From Macrostomum lignano (taxonomy: Eukaryota): DNA of 64,000 bases. Shown piece after piece: positions 61,115-64,000 of the stretch. Position numbers and translations under genes: made by a program. The stretch covers positions 434,001 through 498,000 of the forward strand of contig NIVC01000581.1 of assembly GCA_002269645.1 (NCBI GenBank), written 5' to 3'. Each line of letters opens with the position of its first letter. Position 1 is the first letter of the stretch. The notes beneath the pieces are model-generated. The model was not told the origin of the DNA, made no database searches, and saw nothing but the letters and a program-made list of their open reading frames with translations.

Positions 61115-63983
61115 TTAAGCTCTGTCTTCATTGGGACTCGGCGATTCCACGTCCAGGACCAGATTAAGCACCTTCAACAGCTCCGGATCGAAATCGGTGC
61201 TGTAGAAGCAGCGGGGGTCGGCGCGGCACCGCTCTGACGAATTTCTTCCGTCGAGCTCAACTGCAGAGTCGCCCAGCAGCGAGGCGGGGCTGTCGGGGTA
61301 CCGAAAGCTGAAAACAGCCGCCAGCTCCAGGCGAGGAAGCCTTGGGTAGCCAGCGGGCCATTGTCTGTCGATGGTCAGGAGCAGGGCGCCAGCCGACTCC
61401 TGTGATGAGCAACGGGGCGAGAGCTTTGCAACTCCCATTGACTTTGCAGGCGCCCACACCATACCGATCTGGGAACTCCCAGACTGAGACGTTACGTCGG
61501 AAAATGGGCTGCTTAAACAAGCTCGAAATTTGGAAAATTCCTTCTCGTCACTTTTGTTAATTCGAGATTTCTCCGAGTCCAAAATTTCGCAAAATTCCAT
61601 CTTTTGATCATACTAAACTTTGAGCTTTTGAAACATCTGTTGAGGGGGAAGCTAACTGTAGCTGAGTATAGACTGAAACAACCCAAACTGAAATTGCCGA
61701 AAACCCCTCATTCACAATCCAAAACTGCACCCAGCCACTAAAGGGGGAACACTTTGAAAAAGCCGGAGCCAGACCTGAAACTCTACGGTCAGAAATCGCA
61801 GAGTAACCAGTGGGTGCTGGTCGGTCAGCCAGACGATGCCAAGTCGGAATCCTCCAACAATGCGAGCGCCGACAGCGCGGAGATAGGCAACGAACAACGA
61901 GTGAATCTCGTACTTGACTGTCGTCTCATTCACAAAACTGGTCTCGAAGCTCTCGTCCGTGGGCCGTGGCACGTAGATTACGTCTGTGCCGACCTCAGAT
62001 CTGAAGGCCTCTGGCATGCCGAAAAGCCTTTTTGGTTTTTTCGAAATGGGGAACTTTATTACTTTTGATGTGCTACGACAGCCACAACACTGCGGAATAA
62101 ATATGACTACCGTGTTATAAGACTCCCCTTGAATGCTTGCACTTTGCACAGACGCACCTGTTTGCTGTCTCGGAGTCAGTGACTAGCTGACAGGCAAAGC
62201 GATGCGTGAAGTTGCCTCTGTCGGTGGCTGGCGGAACCTGCGGCACGGTCACGGTCAGGGTCTCGACAACGGCACTACGCGGAGTCATCTGACGAGTGCG
62301 CGCCAATTCAATGGCGTCAAACAGCGGCTCATCAACGGGCTGGTCGTCCCAAGTGAAAGCAGAAATTCCCGATCGCCGGAGCTGGTTAGATAGTTCCAAG
62401 TTCCTACTGCTGCTTCGCGGAACACGAATAGAAGAGACTATCATAGCACCAGTAGAGTTAGAAGTTTCGTCAGTTTTACCAGCCGAAGTTGAAATTACTG
62501 CTGAGCAGCTGTAGGAGAGATTTTCGCCTTCTAAAGCATTAACAACGGAGGGCAGAGATACGTTACCAGCCAAAAACCAAGGAAGGTGTGAGGCTCTAAC
62601 CTGCGCCGAAGCTAAACCGGTGTTGTTTGCGGCCTGACAGGTTAACTTTGAAACGTCCGTACCGTTTAAATGCGCACTGAGAACGCAACAAACTGAGCGC
62701 GGCGTCGAACACACCAGCGGACAAGCCAAAGGATGCGCTTTCGATATTGAGAAATTCTTGTGAAGAACTCGACTCGACACTAATGCAGTAGTCTTAACCT
62801 TGCTGCGACAAAGGCGAAATCAAACGCAAGCTCAGAACAGCCGCCTGCTTGCTGATGAAGTTTCCGTGACCTACAAACTGCAATATCTCACAAAGCCTCA
62901 AACTTGATGCAGCATCTTGATCTCGTAAGACGGGCGCCAGAGCGGCTTGAAATCCGATCGGGGAGAAGTGCAGCTCACCCGTCTGCTGGTCCAGGTAGAA
63001 AAATGCAGCTTCTCCGCAGGCCAAAGTGCTACTGAAATCATCCGAAATATCGCTGCCTGATACACTATTAATCGAAACAGTCTTGTCGACAATATGGATG
63101 GAGTTATTCGCGGTGGCAGTTTGGCAAGATTCTGCTGTGGGTCAACATCATACCGACCCTCTGAACCACTCTTAAATACATTGGCAGTCTGTTTAGTAAT
63201 TTAATCACTGGAAGTTTTAAAAATGGAATTTTTCGCAGTGAACCATGCGTGTCTGTAGTTGCCGGTTTGTTCACCAGATTCTCGACCAGATTAACGAAAG
63301 CCTTGGTTATTATGGGCCTATCAATGAGGTCAGTAACTTCTTCAACTTCATTCAGATATAAGAGCAACAGGCTTTTTGAATTCAGAATGGAGTTTTTCGG
63401 CACTGCAGACCTCCAGTTCACTACTCGAGTTCGAAATGTTAACTGACACTCTTATGGAAACTATGAGGGACTCGTTCAAAGGTGAAGTTCCTACCAAGCT
63501 ACTAGGAAAAGAACAGTTGGATGCAACGCTAAAATCTGACGCGTTCTGCTTGACCACTCGTAGCATGAATATTGAACCAAACTCGCTGCACAGATTGACG
63601 CTTGCATAAGCTTCTCGGGTCGAGTTGTCAAATGACTCTCGAGATATGAGACTCGTAATTATGCTCGAATTGTGGGCGGTCCGAAATTTGCACTCGAACT
63701 CAATCGCAAGCAGGTTGCTCAGCCAGTAGTAGCTAATGGGCAGCGGCAAGTGCTGCGGGACCACCCGGATGACCACCGACTGGCACCGGTCAATGTAGGC
63801 CACTCGGTCAGCTGACCCGGCCACCCAGACCAGCTCAGTTTCGGCGTTGCCATCGCCGGAAAGCAGAACCGGCCCACTAGAATAATCCACATCGGGAGGG
63901 AATCTAGGCGCGAAGGATGAATGCGTTTCCTTGACAACAGATGCTGTTAGAAGAATAGCCAGCAAGATAGTCGCTAGTTGCAT
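61115..63983 (-). CDS. Secreted or cell-surface glycoprotein with Ig-like beta-strand domains, multi-exon, with one apparent frameshift
   Basis: Signal peptide MQLATILLAILLTASVVKETHS and many N-x-S/T sites. Ig-like strands include LTCQAANNTG, LSYSCSA and HRFACQL. Phase-compatible exons are 63134-62799, 62692-62158, 62072-61775 and 61600-61115. The 5' part 63983 to about 63240 needs a 1-nt shift near 63375 and a weak donor. No TM segment was found in this model. Confidence 0.45.
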
Positions 63984-64000
63984 TGCTGCGCTCGGTAGCT

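Overview
Eukaryotic (metazoan) genomic DNA, extremely rich in tandem repeats. The GC-rich Ala-rich exons, minisatellite-filled introns and TTAGGG repeats resemble the flatworm Macrostomum (inference only). 1-21.1 kb is one 23-bp satellite array that runs off the window edge. 21.6-35.6 kb is a ~14-kb head-to-tail and nested cluster of non-autonomous Helitron-like elements (TC...ATATACTAAAAAT heads, CCCC-AAC-GGGG hairpin + CTAG tails, whole block between A and T). The copies carry different amplified minisatellites, a tRNA-like Pol III promoter and TTAGGG tracts. Two spliced minus-strand genes follow, an RNF103 (KF-1) RING-H2 ligase and a MITF/TFE bHLH-ZIP factor, with minisatellites in all but one intron. 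Next come a decayed piggyBac transposon inserted at TTAA inside a tRNA-SINE, an AT-rich stretch, a MITE-like inverted repeat and a decayed non-LTR RNase H fragment. The window ends with a 7-exon plus-strand single-pass receptor with a SEFIR-like tail (IL-17 receptor-like) and a minus-strand secreted or surface Ig-like glycoprotein gene. No CRISPR, rRNA or intact tRNA gene was seen. All gene models and counts were derived by hand and no database search was run.
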